Shown here: piece after piece, positions 48,454-59,050 of the stretch
Numbering within the stretch: position 1 is the stretch's first letter
Layout of the letters: every line of letters begins with the position of its first letter
DNA from: Sandaracinaceae bacterium
GTDB lineage: Bacteria > Myxococcota_A > Polyangia > Polyangiales > Houyiibacteriaceae
Assembly (NCBI GenBank): GCA_020633075.1
Contig: JACKEI010000003.1
Coordinates: 525,472-589,471 of the forward strand
Reading direction: 5' to 3'
Length of the DNA stretch: 64,000 nt
Notes under the pieces: generated by a model
Databases searched by the model: none
What the model was told of the DNA's origin: nothing
The model's input: the letters and a program-made list of their open reading frames with translations, nothing else
Made by a program: the position numbers and the translations under genes

Positions 48454-50100
48454 ATGGCTGACCCATCGCCGAAAACGTCGTCGAACACCGACACTCTCAT
48501 TGGTCGCGTCATCAATGACCGCTTTGAGATCATCGACCTGATCGCGCGCGGCGGCATGGGGCGGGTCTATCGCGCTCAGCAGCGCCCGCTCGGCCGCCAG
48601 GTCGCGCTGAAGATCCTGGACCCCCGCTACAAGGGTGACGAAGACCCGGAGTTCCAGACGCGCTTCTTCTTGGAGGCGTCGACCGCCGCCAAGCTGTCGC
48701 ACCCGAACACGGTCACCGTCTTCGACTACGGTAAGACCACCGACGAGATCTACTTCATCGTCATGGAGCTGGTGGAGGGCCGCACGCTCTCCGCGCTGCT
48801 CAAGGAGCTCGGGCCGATCGAGCCAGAGCGCGCGATCAACATCGCGGTGCAGATCGCCCGCTCCGTGCGTGAGGCTCACGGCCTCGGTGTCATCCACCGC
48901 GACCTCAAGCCCGCCAACGTGTTGCTCACGCGCCACGGAGACGAAGAGGACTTCGTCAAGGTGCTGGACTTCGGTCTGGTCAAGGACGTGGAGGCCAACG
49001 AAGAGCTGACCCAGGCCGGTCTCTTCATGGGCTCGCCCAAGTACATGTCGCCGGAGCAGATCCAGGGCGGCGACGTGGACGCGCGCACAGACATCTACGC
49101 CCTCGGCGTCATGCTCTACCTGATGCTCTGCGGGCGGGTGCCGTTCGACCGCGACAACCAGGTGCAGATCCTGATGGCGCACATGCGCGAGGCCGTCCCG
49201 CCCATGGTGCGCGACGACGGCGTGGCCGTGCCCGCGGCGCTCGAAGCCGTGGTCATGAACTGCCTCGAGAAGGACGCCAACAACCGCTACTCGGACATGA
49301 ACGAGCTGGTGGCGGCGCTCAAGAGCGCGAGCGGCCAGATGGGCAACCCGCTCAACACCAGCGGCAACTACGCGCTGAGCGGTGCGTTCGACCTGAGCGG
49401 CATGCGCGCCACGCCGGGCATCACACCGAACGGCACGCCCGGCCAGGGCTTCCCTTCGGCCAGCCCGAGCAGCGGCTTCGCGGCTGCCAGTGGCTCGCTG
49501 CCCACGCTGGAGAGCGACAACGAGGCGGACAGCAAGGGTGGATCCGCGAAGTGGATCGTGCTGCTGCTGATCCTGGCGCTCGGGGGCGGCGCCGCTGCGG
49601 CGGTGCTCAGCAGCAACCAGGACGCGGTCGCCAGCAACACCACCGCCACGCCGACCACACCGCCCGAGACCCCGGCAGAGCCGGCTGGGACCGAGGGCAC
49701 ACCCAACGCGGCCGGGGCCACCGACCCAGAGCCTGCGGCCGTGGGCGAAGAGGCTCCCTTGGCCAGCGTCGTCGTGGACCTCCGTTCCGACCCGCCTGGC
49801 GCCACGGTGCTGTTGGGGAGCCGCGCGCTGGGTGTCACACCCACTCAGCGTGAGCTCGTTGGCGAGGACGCGGAGCGCGGTCGCGAGCTGACCTTCACGT
49901 TCCAGAAGTCGGGCTACGACGTGCAGAATTCGGTTCGCGTCGTCACCGGCGAGCCGAACATGCTGGTGGAGGTCACGCTGCAGCGGACGCAGGTCATCCG
50001 GCGCCCGACGCGAACGCCGGATCCCACGCCCACCATGACGTCGACCATGGTCGACGGGCCGTCCGTGCGCCCGTCGGGCTACCACGACTCGCCCTACTGA
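48454..50100 (+). CDS. Hanks-type Ser/Thr protein kinase with a TM helix and an extracytoplasmic PEGA domain
   Basis: [26 protein letters not shown] motifs. [22 protein letters not shown]-terminal PEGA-like [24 protein letters not shown]...FQKSGY. Start at ATG 48454. Confidence 0.9.
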   Translation: MADPSPKTSSNTDTLIGRVINDRFEIIDLIARGGMGRVYRAQQRPLGRQVALKILDPRYKGDEDPEFQTRFFLEASTAAKLSHPNTVTVFDYGKTTDEIYFIVMELVEGRTLSALLKELGPIEPERAINIAVQIARSVREAHGLGVIHRDLKPANVLLTRHGDEEDFVKVLDFGLVKDVEANEELTQAGLFMGSPKYMSPEQIQGGDVDARTDIYALGVMLYLMLCGRVPFDRDNQVQILMAHMREAVPPMVRDDGVAVPAALEAVVMNCLEKDANNRYSDMNELVAALKSASGQMGNPLNTSGNYALSGAFDLSGMRATPGITPNGTPGQGFPSASPSSGFAAASGSLPTLESDNEADSKGGSAKWIVLLLILALGGGAAAAVLSSNQDAVASNTTATPTTPPETPAEPAGTEGTPNAAGATDPEPAAVGEEAPLASVVVDLRSDPPGATVLLGSRALGVTPTQRELVGEDAERGRELTFTFQKSGYDVQNSVRVVTGEPNMLVEVTLQRTQVIRRPTRTPDPTPTMTSTMVDGPSVRPSGYHDSPY

Positions 50101-50197
50101 GGACGCGCATCCGCAGGGCCGCCCGCGCCGTTCAGGCGACGGCCCGTCGCGCGGGTTTGACGCGGCGCCAGCGGCTACGTAGGGTGCGCATCACTTC

Positions 50198-50797
50198 ATG
50201 GCCGAAACGGACCTCACAGGGCTCTCGGAGATCAACGCGCTGCTGGGCGCGGGCACCGAGTACGAAGGCAAGCTCGTCTTTCAGGGGCGTGTGCGGGTCG
50301 ACGGCCGCTTCGTGGGCGAGATCCGCGGGAGCGATGTCTTGATCCTCGGCGCGACGGCGGACGTCACGGCGCACATCGACGTGGGCGCGCTCATCGTTCT
50401 CGGGGGGACGCTGCGCGGGGACGTGGTCGCTCACCGCCTGGTGGAGCTCCACGCTCCTGGCGCCGTGCACGGCGACATCGAGACGCCGCAGCTCTTCATC
50501 GACAAGGGCGCAACCTTCTCCGGCAGGTGCACGATGGGGGCTGGGCCCTCGGAGGTGCTTCCCTTGGAGCCACCCCCCGCAGGCACGAGCGGGGCGCCCC
50601 AGGGCCACGAGGTCGAGGCCACCGACGAGGCCCCCGAGGGGACTGCCGGCGATGGCACATCGCCCACGGACGAGCTCCTCAGCGCCCCGGACGCGGCGGC
50701 TCCCCCTGCAGCGGACGAGGACGACGAGCCCTTCGTGCGCGCCCCGCTCGATGACGACGGGAGCGGCCCAGATCTACGGCGAGCGCCCCGCACCTGA
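50198..50797 (+). CDS. Bactofilin-family cytoskeletal protein with a Pro/Ala/Asp/Glu-rich tail
   Basis: DUF583-type beta-helical repeats (FEGKLVFQGRVRVDGRFVGEIRGSDVLILG...GDVVAHRLVELHAPGAVHGDIETPQLFIDKGATFSGRC). Confidence 0.85.
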   Translation: MAETDLTGLSEINALLGAGTEYEGKLVFQGRVRVDGRFVGEIRGSDVLILGATADVTAHIDVGALIVLGGTLRGDVVAHRLVELHAPGAVHGDIETPQLFIDKGATFSGRCTMGAGPSEVLPLEPPPAGTSGAPQGHEVEATDEAPEGTAGDGTSPTDELLSAPDAAAPPAADEDDEPFVRAPLDDDGSGPDLRRAPRT

Positions 50798-50820
50798 GCG
50801 GGGGGTCCACCGCGACCGGG

Positions 50821-51390
50821 TCAGGCGACCGACGCGACCCGCCGACGCAGGGCGCGGATGGTGCGACGCGCGGCCTTCACGTTCTCGGCCGTGAACACCG
50901 ACGCGGGGAGCGGCAGGTCCGGGTCCACCAAGATCTCGAACTCCACGAGCGTGTGCGTTGCGTCTACGGGGGTGATCTCCCAGGTCGCGTGGAAGAGGTC
51001 CACGTTGCCCTCGGTCATGGTGGCTTCGATGATGCGCGTGTCCCCACGGTTGGGCCGCGGACGAATCCGGAGCTGCGCCCACAGGGTGGCCGAGTTCCGC
51101 ATGACGTTCACTTCCACATACACCATGGCGGACGACCCACGCTGGGACAGCACACGTGACGCGGCGAAGTGCGGCAGGAAGCGGGCGTAGTTGCCGTAGT
51201 CCTCCACCACACGCATGACCGCGTCGACCGGCTGGTCCACCACGCCGCGGGCCGTGCCCCACTCGACCGAGGTCCCGGACTGGCTGCGCTGACCCGTCAC
51301 CACGTCGTCGCCGGACTGCGCGACCGCGGTCGACGCGGCACCCATCAAGAGGGTGAGAGCGAGCGAGAGCGAGAGGGACGTGCGGAACAT
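50821..51390 (-). CDS. Secreted SRPBCC (START/polyketide-cyclase-like) superfamily protein
   Basis: Signal peptide MFRTSLSLSLALTLLMGAASTAVAQ. SRPBCC-like core (VVEDYGNYARFLPH...). GGAGG 7 nt upstream of ATG 51390. Confidence 0.6.
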   Translation of the reverse strand: MFRTSLSLSLALTLLMGAASTAVAQSGDDVVTGQRSQSGTSVEWGTARGVVDQPVDAVMRVVEDYGNYARFLPHFAASRVLSQRGSSAMVYVEVNVMRNSATLWAQLRIRPRPNRGDTRIIEATMTEGNVDLFHATWEITPVDATHTLVEFEILVDPDLPLPASVFTAENVKAARRTIRALRRRVASVA

Positions 51391-51973
51391 GGAGGACCTC
51401 CGTGAAGAGTTCGGGCGTGGGGGGCGCTGGGCCGTTGCCACCAATCGACGTGCGTGGACGGGCTGCGATTCACCACCCGGGATTCAAGTCTCGGGCCAAC
51501 AGTTGGTCGGCGACCTCTACACAACATTACCCCACGAATCGCCACAATGCTCCCGGGGCAGGGCTACCTTCACGTGTGTCCGTGCGTTCACGCCTGCGAT
51601 CACCCTGTCACATGGGCGTGGACGATCGCCAGGCGGCCCGGGGGCGCGCGCACATAACGTCGGCCTCTGCCCAGCAATGGCTCATTAAACAAGGGTTCCA
51701 CGCATCTTCTTGCGCCGGGGCACGCTTGACTCACCCCGACCACGCTGCTACGTACGCGCGCGCCGTGGTCAGGCCCTTGTCTTGTCTGCCGCGTTGGCCC
51801 CACGCCTTGCCGTGCCTGCCTCCTCCTTCGCTTCGTGGCTCTTCGTGCCGCGCTGCTCCTCTTGACCCACTGAGCCTACGCTCGACGAGCCACCTCCTCG
51901 AGCTCCCCCTCGACGCTCACCAAGAAGACCCACCATGACCCTGCTGACGAGCACCGTCCTCTCCGGAGGCTCC

Positions 51974-52402
51974 ATGATCGACCTGGACGCGACGCTCGTC
52001 GTCCAGATGGGGCTCTTCTTCGTCGCTCTCCTCGTACTCCACACGCTCATCTTCAAGCCGCTCCTGAAGGTCTTCGAGGCCCGGGAAGAGGCCATCGACG
52101 GCGCCAAGGACGCCGCACGGCAGTTCGAGGCCGACGCGGCCGGAGCCGGCAGTGAGTTCGAAGAGAAGATGCGCAGCATCCGCGTGAAGGCGGGCGAAGA
52201 GCGTGACCGGCTGCGCGCCGAGGGCGCCAAGCTGGAGGCCGGCATCCTTACGTCGGTGCAAACCGAGACCCAGAAGCAAATGGCGGACGCAGAGCTTCAG
52301 CTCCAGAGCGAGGGCAACAAGCTGCGCCGCGAGCTCGAGGCCCAGATCCCCGTCCTCGCCCGCACCATCGCCGGCAAGCTGCTGCAGCGAGAGGTTCAGT
52401 AA
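51974..52402 (+). CDS. F0 ATP synthase subunit b' (first of two tandem b-type subunits)
   Basis: MIDLDATLVVQMGLFFVALLVLHTLIFKPLLKVFEAREEAI is a typical b/b' N-terminus. GGAGG 4 nt upstream of ATG 51974. The track ORF begins at 51935 (alternative start). Confidence 0.8.
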   Translation: MIDLDATLVVQMGLFFVALLVLHTLIFKPLLKVFEAREEAIDGAKDAARQFEADAAGAGSEFEEKMRSIRVKAGEERDRLRAEGAKLEAGILTSVQTETQKQMADAELQLQSEGNKLRRELEAQIPVLARTIAGKLLQREVQ

Positions 52403-53103
52403 TGAAGCACCTCACCCCACTCTTCATCGCCACTCTGTTGCTCTCGAGCGCGTTCGCCGTCGTGGCGAGCGCCCAGCACGGCGAGCACGCGGCAGAAGCC
52501 ACCCACCAGGGGGCAGAGCTCGAAGCGGCCGGCGCCGAAGAAGGCGCCCACGGGGGCCATGGCGGCGCTCTGACGCTGGACACGCTGCTTCACGGCGAGC
52601 ACGCCGGGGAGCTCTTCGGCTCCATCTTCAACTTCCTCATCCTGTTCGGGATCTTCGTCTGGGTCATCAAGACCAAGGTGAACCCGTCCCTGGCCGCCAA
52701 GCGCGAGGCCATGCAGGAGGCCATGGCCGAGGCGGCGCGCCTGAAGGCCGAGGCCGAGGCGAAGCAGCACGAGTTCCAGAGCCGTCTCGACCGCCTCGAC
52801 GACGAGCTGGACGCCATCCGTGCAGACATGGTCAAGGCCGGTGAGGTCGAGCGCGACCGCATCGTGGCCGAGGCCGAGAAGAAGGCGGCGCGTCTGCGCA
52901 AGGACGCGGAGTTCGTGATCGCGCAGCGCTTCAAGCAGCTGCGTGAGGACCTGACCAAGGAAGCGGTGGAGTCCGCCATGGTCGCGGCCGAGTCCGTGCT
53001 GCGCGAGAAGGCCACCGCGGCGGACCAGACGCGGCTGGCCGATGGCTACCTGACCCGACTCGCGGAGGTGGCCACCGAGGTCGCCCAGGAGAAGCAGGCG
53101 TGA
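52402..53103 (+). CDS. atpF: F0 ATP synthase subunit b with a signal-peptide-like, His-rich N-terminal extension
   Basis: TM helix LFGSIFNFLILFGIFVWVI followed by a long A/E/K/R coiled coil. Preceded by ~75 extra residues. Start overlaps the b' stop (TAATG). Confidence 0.8.
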   Translation: MKHLTPLFIATLLLSSAFAVVASAQHGEHAAEATHQGAELEAAGAEEGAHGGHGGALTLDTLLHGEHAGELFGSIFNFLILFGIFVWVIKTKVNPSLAAKREAMQEAMAEAARLKAEAEAKQHEFQSRLDRLDDELDAIRADMVKAGEVERDRIVAEAEKKAARLRKDAEFVIAQRFKQLREDLTKEAVESAMVAAESVLREKATAADQTRLADGYLTRLAEVATEVAQEKQA

Positions 53104-53642
53104 GCAACGCAACCATCAGCCGGCGCTACGCCAAGGCGCTGCTCGAGCTGGCCGTCGAGGCCACTCAGACCCCCACCGTGCAGAAGGCCCTCACGGACTT
53201 CGCGGCCGCGTGGAGCTCGAACGAGGGGCTCCGAGACATCTTCGAGAACCCCTCGGTGACCAGCGAGTCGCGCACCAAGGTGCTCGAGCAGCTGGCCATG
53301 CGCGTCGCGGCGCCGCCCCTGCTCAAGAACACGCTCAAGCTGCTGGCCGACCGCAATCGGATGGCGCTCGTGCCCGAGCTCGCGGCCGAGTTCAACCTGC
53401 TGGCGCAGGCCGCCACAGGGCAGGTCGAGGCCGAGGTCACCACCGCCGCGCCCATGCCCGAGCAGTACTACGTCGAGCTCCAGAAGGTGCTCGAGAAGGT
53501 CACCGGCAAGAAGGTCGTCCTCGTGCGCAAGCAGGACCCGGCCATCATCGCTGGCGTCATCACGCGAGTCGGCGACAAGGTCTTCGACGGCAGCGTTCGC
53601 AATCGTCTCACCGAGCTCAAAGAGCAGCTCCTCGCTCACTAA
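53100..53642 (+). CDS. atpH: F1 ATP synthase subunit delta (OSCP)
   Basis: (V)SNATISRRYAKALLELA... is a typical OSCP N-terminus. 180 aa. GTG start overlapping the atpF stop (GTGA). Confidence 0.85.
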   Translation: MSNATISRRYAKALLELAVEATQTPTVQKALTDFAAAWSSNEGLRDIFENPSVTSESRTKVLEQLAMRVAAPPLLKNTLKLLADRNRMALVPELAAEFNLLAQAATGQVEAEVTTAAPMPEQYYVELQKVLEKVTGKKVVLVRKQDPAIIAGVITRVGDKVFDGSVRNRLTELKEQLLAH

Positions 53643-53683
53643 CCTCCAGCCACACGTCTCACCCGGACGCGGGTCCTCGATGA

Positions 53684-55372
<1,689 letters not shown>

Positions 55373-55378
55373 TCCCTC

Positions 55379-56254
55379 ATGGCGAACCTGAAAGAGATTC
55401 GCAAGCGGATCGGGAGCGTCAAGAGCACGCAGAAGATCACGCGCGCGATGAAGCTGGTCGCCGCCGCGAGGCTCCGTAAGGCGCAGCAGGCCATCCAGGA
55501 GCTGCGCCCCTACGCCGTGAAGACCTACGAGGTCTTGAGCTCGGTGGCGGCGCGCACGAGCGACGACGAGCCCGAGACGCTCCACCCGCTGCTGCAGCGG
55601 CGTGAGGAGAAGAACGTCATGCTCGTGGTCGTCACGAGCGACCGCGGCCTCGCGGGCGCGTTCAACTCGGGCATCACCAAGGCGACCGAGCGTCGCTGGC
55701 GTGAGCTTGAGGCGGCCGGCGTCAATGTCTGCTTCGCGGTCATCGGCCGCAAGGGGCGCGACTACCTGCGTCGGCGCCACGCGGACATCCGCCACGAGTT
55801 CACGGGTGTGTTCGAGAACCTGTCGGTGGAACGCGCTGGCGAGATCGGCCGCTTCATCATGGACGAGTACACCGGCAAGAAGCTGGACGCGTGCTACCTC
55901 GTGTACAACGAGTTCAAGAGCGCGATCTCGCAGGACGTGCGCGTGGAGTCCTTGCTCCCCATCGTGCCCATGGAGACCGACGCGGAGGACGTGGGGGACT
56001 TCATCTACGAGCCCAGCAAGCCCGAGCTGCTGGACCGCCTGCTGCCCATGTACGTCGAGGTCGAGGTCTTCCGCGGCCTGCTCGAGTCGGTCGCCTCGGA
56101 ACACGGCGCCCGCATGACGGCCATGGACTCGGCCACGAACAACGCGTCGGACATGATCGACAGGCTCACGCTGCAGTACAACCGCGCGCGCCAGGCGGCC
56201 ATCACGACCGAGCTGATGGAGATCATCGGCGGCGCCGAGGCCCTCAAGGGCTGA
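55379..56254 (+). CDS. atpG: F1 ATP synthase subunit gamma
   Basis: MANLKEIRKRIGSVKSTQKITRAMKLVAAARLRKAQ ... ITTELMEIIGGAEAL. Confidence 0.95.
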   Translation: MANLKEIRKRIGSVKSTQKITRAMKLVAAARLRKAQQAIQELRPYAVKTYEVLSSVAARTSDDEPETLHPLLQRREEKNVMLVVVTSDRGLAGAFNSGITKATERRWRELEAAGVNVCFAVIGRKGRDYLRRRHADIRHEFTGVFENLSVERAGEIGRFIMDEYTGKKLDACYLVYNEFKSAISQDVRVESLLPIVPMETDAEDVGDFIYEPSKPELLDRLLPMYVEVEVFRGLLESVASEHGARMTAMDSATNNASDMIDRLTLQYNRARQAAITTELMEIIGGAEALKG

Positions 56255-56298
56255 CGCGGGCGCGAGGCTCTGGTATCACAGCAGGTCTCGGGAACACT

Positions 56299-56628
56299 AT
56301 GGCCAACACCAGCGACTCACTCGACACGCAGACCGTCACCGTCTGGATTAACCAGGCGGCCGGCTTCGCGAAACGCGACAACTTCTACGAGGCCACCGCG
56401 CGCATGCGTTTCGCGGCGGAGCAGGTGGGGGCCGCGCTGGCGGCTGCCGAGACGCCGTCGGAGAGAGCGGAGTGGCAGGCCCTGCAGGGTCAGGTGACCC
56501 GCCTCATGGCGCTCTACGCCGAGCAGCACGCCGCGTGGAACGCGAAGATCGCCGCCGGCCGGCAGGGGCGCACCGACGCCGCCGCCGAAGAGATGGCGCG
56601 GCCTCTCCCCATCCCCGCCGGAAAGTGA
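56299..56628 (+). CDS. Hypothetical small helical protein
   Basis: 109 codons from ATG 56299 in a GC3-rich frame. The stop overlaps the downstream GTG start (GTGA). No family recognised. Confidence 0.45.
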   Translation: MANTSDSLDTQTVTVWINQAAGFAKRDNFYEATARMRFAAEQVGAALAAAETPSERAEWQALQGQVTRLMALYAEQHAAWNAKIAAGRQGRTDAAAEEMARPLPIPAGK

Positions 56629-57527
56629 CCGAGGCGCGCTGCGCTCTGGTGAGCGCCGAGCAGCAGGAACCGCTGCTCGGCACCGCGCCCGAGGCCAGCG
56701 CGTTGCTGTTGGTGGAGGTGCGCGGGCCCTGGGCCGCCAAGATCCTCGAGAGTGACCTGCCCACCCCCGTGCGGGTCTTCCTCGCGGCCGAGGAGGCTCG
56801 CCACGCTGGGCTGCGCCTGCAGTTCATTCGGGCTCCGCGGCGCACGCAGGGGCCCATCGCCGTCTATCTGTGCCGTGTCGGCGGGGGAGTGAGTCGCCTC
56901 GAGCTCGCGGGACTCGACGACCTGCCCAGCGTGGACGTGGGTGCGTGGCTGAGGCGTGGCACGCATCCAGGCGCTCATGCCGTCTCGGATGCGCTGACGC
57001 TGGTGTGCACCCACGGGCGCCGTGACGTGTGCTGCGCCCTCTTGGGCAACGCGCTGTATGACGCGCTGGTGTGCGTGGGGCCGGCGCGCGACGGCGGCGA
57101 GCTCCCCACGGTCTGGCAGACCAGCCACTTGGGCGGGCACCGCTTTGCGCCCGTCGTGCTCAGCCTGCCGGACGGTCACTGCTATGGTCGCGTCGCGCCA
57201 GCGGAGGCCTCGGCCTTCCTCGCGGCGCAGGCGGCGCGTCGCGTACACGACCCGGCGCGCCTGCGTGGCTGCACCAAGGACCCCGTCTGGCTGCAAGCCG
57301 CCGCCGTTGCGCTGCGCCTCGAGACCGACGAGCGCGACTTCGACGCGCTGCTCCCAGGGGCCACCACCCAGGCCGTTGGCGACGGACAGCACGTGACCCT
57401 CGTCACCCGCAACGGCACCGTGCGCTTGGAGCTCACGCAAGAGACCCACGCGGACCGGCTGAGGCCCGCGAGCTGCGGCGACGCACCGAGCCCCACCGTG
57501 CTATGGCGCGCGACTCTCGCCAGCTGA
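56625..57527 (+). CDS. Sucrase/ferredoxin-like (thioredoxin-like [2Fe-2S]) family protein
   Basis: LVCTHGRRDVCCALLGNALYDAL and TSHLGGHRFAPVV match the Suc_Fer-like signature. GTG 56625 chosen inside track ORF 56472..57527. Confidence 0.7.
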   Translation: MTEARCALVSAEQQEPLLGTAPEASALLLVEVRGPWAAKILESDLPTPVRVFLAAEEARHAGLRLQFIRAPRRTQGPIAVYLCRVGGGVSRLELAGLDDLPSVDVGAWLRRGTHPGAHAVSDALTLVCTHGRRDVCCALLGNALYDALVCVGPARDGGELPTVWQTSHLGGHRFAPVVLSLPDGHCYGRVAPAEASAFLAAQAARRVHDPARLRGCTKDPVWLQAAAVALRLETDERDFDALLPGATTQAVGDGQHVTLVTRNGTVRLELTQETHADRLRPASCGDAPSPTVLWRATLAS

Positions 57528-57605
57528 GCGCGGCAGCGCGCCCCGTGGGGCAGCACGTCCGGCGGCCGCCCCCCTCGGCACAGCGCCGCGGCGCGCAGGC
57601 GCGCC

Positions 57606-58928
57606 CTACTCCTCGATGCGGATGAGCTGCGAGGGCGCGACCACGGCGTCATGCGTCTCGATGCTCGCGAGCGCCGCGCGGACGTTGCGCTCTGTGGCGC
57701 GATGCGTGAGCAACACGACCGACACGGGGCCCGTCTCGTCACGCTTGCTGCGCTGGCCGCCGCCGTCCTGGAACATCTGCTCGATGGAGACGTCGTTGTC
57801 GCCGAGCGCGCTCGTGATCGCGCCGAGCACACCGGGACGGTCCGCGACCGTGAGGCGCAGGTAGAAGCGCCCGCGGTGCTCACCGATGTCCCGCAGCTTG
57901 GCGTCCCGGAGCGCGACCTGGCGAAAGCCGCGCGACGGAACGCGCGCGTGGGCGCAGCACTCGATGTTGCGCGCGACGTCCAGCAGGTCGCCGGCGACGC
58001 TGGTTGCGGTCGGACCCGCCCCCGCGCCTGGCCCGCTCATCAGGATGGGCCCGAGCAACGCGCCCTCGATGGCCACGGCGTTCAGCGCCCCATGCACAGT
58101 GGCCAGGGTCGCCTCGACGGGCACCAGCGCCGGATGCACCCGCAGATCCAGGCTGTCACCGACCACCCGCGCGACCGCGAGCGGCTTGATCACGAAGCCG
58201 AGGCGCTGCGCGAACGCGATGTCGATGGTGGCCACGCGGTCGATGCCCTCCGTGGGGATCTGGTCGGCCGGGACGCGCTGCCCAAAGGCGAGGGTCGCGA
58301 GGATGGCGATCTTGTGGCAGGCGTCGCCACCGCCGACGTCCAGAGTGGGGTCGGCCTCTGCGTAGCCCGCGGCCTGCGCCTCCGCCAGAGCGTCTGCGAA
58401 GGACATGGACTCCGCGCTCATGCGCGACAGGATGTAGTTGCTGGTCCCGTTGACGATGCCGCGGATGGCGAGCACACGCTCGGACGCGAGCGCCTCACGC
58501 AGGACGCGGATGACGGGGATGCCACCGGCCACGGCGGCCTCGTAGTAGACGTCCACGCCGTGCTGCTCGGCGAGGTTCCAGATCTCGGCGCCGCGCTCGG
58601 CCAGCAGCGCCTTGTTGGCGGTGACCACGTGCTTGCCGGCGAGGATCGCCGCGTGCACGACCTCGTACGCACGCTCGACGCCGCCCATCACCTCGACGAT
58701 GACCTGGATGTCAGGGTCGCGGACCAGCTCCATGGGGTCGGCGGTGAGCTTGTCCTGCGGCACCAGCGGGCTCCGCACCGCCGCGGGGTCGCGCACCGCG
58801 ATGCGGCGCACCTCGAGGGGTACGCCGAGGCGCCCCTCGATCGCGGTGGCGTTCTCTTGCAGCACTTGGAGGAGCCCAGTGCCTACGACACCGCAGCCCA
58901 CGAGGCCGATTCCGATCGACTTGGTCAT
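57606..58928 (-). CDS. hom: Homoserine dehydrogenase with a C-terminal ACT domain
   Basis: MTKSIGIGLVGCGVVGTG (NAD-binding), central catalytic domain, ACT-like C-terminus (FYLRLTVADRPGVLGAITSALGD). ATG 58928 inside the run-on ORF to 59405. Confidence 0.9.
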   Translation of the reverse strand: MTKSIGIGLVGCGVVGTGLLQVLQENATAIEGRLGVPLEVRRIAVRDPAAVRSPLVPQDKLTADPMELVRDPDIQVIVEVMGGVERAYEVVHAAILAGKHVVTANKALLAERGAEIWNLAEQHGVDVYYEAAVAGGIPVIRVLREALASERVLAIRGIVNGTSNYILSRMSAESMSFADALAEAQAAGYAEADPTLDVGGGDACHKIAILATLAFGQRVPADQIPTEGIDRVATIDIAFAQRLGFVIKPLAVARVVGDSLDLRVHPALVPVEATLATVHGALNAVAIEGALLGPILMSGPGAGAGPTATSVAGDLLDVARNIECCAHARVPSRGFRQVALRDAKLRDIGEHRGRFYLRLTVADRPGVLGAITSALGDNDVSIEQMFQDGGGQRSKRDETGPVSVVLLTHRATERNVRAALASIETHDAVVAPSQLIRIEE

Positions 58929-59050
58929 CGGTGGCGACCGTAGCAGCACGCCGCGGCCGGCGCACCGTGCCGCGCGCGAGACGGCTCGGCGCCGCAGGGG
59001 AGGTGGGGCGCGTGCCCCCCGCGCGGTCGGTGTCTCGCCGCGCAGGGCGC

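Noticed and set aside
51402-51938. 178-aa ORF in the spacer upstream of the atp b' gene (possible atpI/atpZ-like gene).
   Set aside because: It is not hydrophobic. It is Cys/Arg/Pro/Ser-rich, has no ribosome-binding site, and crosses a region of falling GC. It is more likely non-coding.
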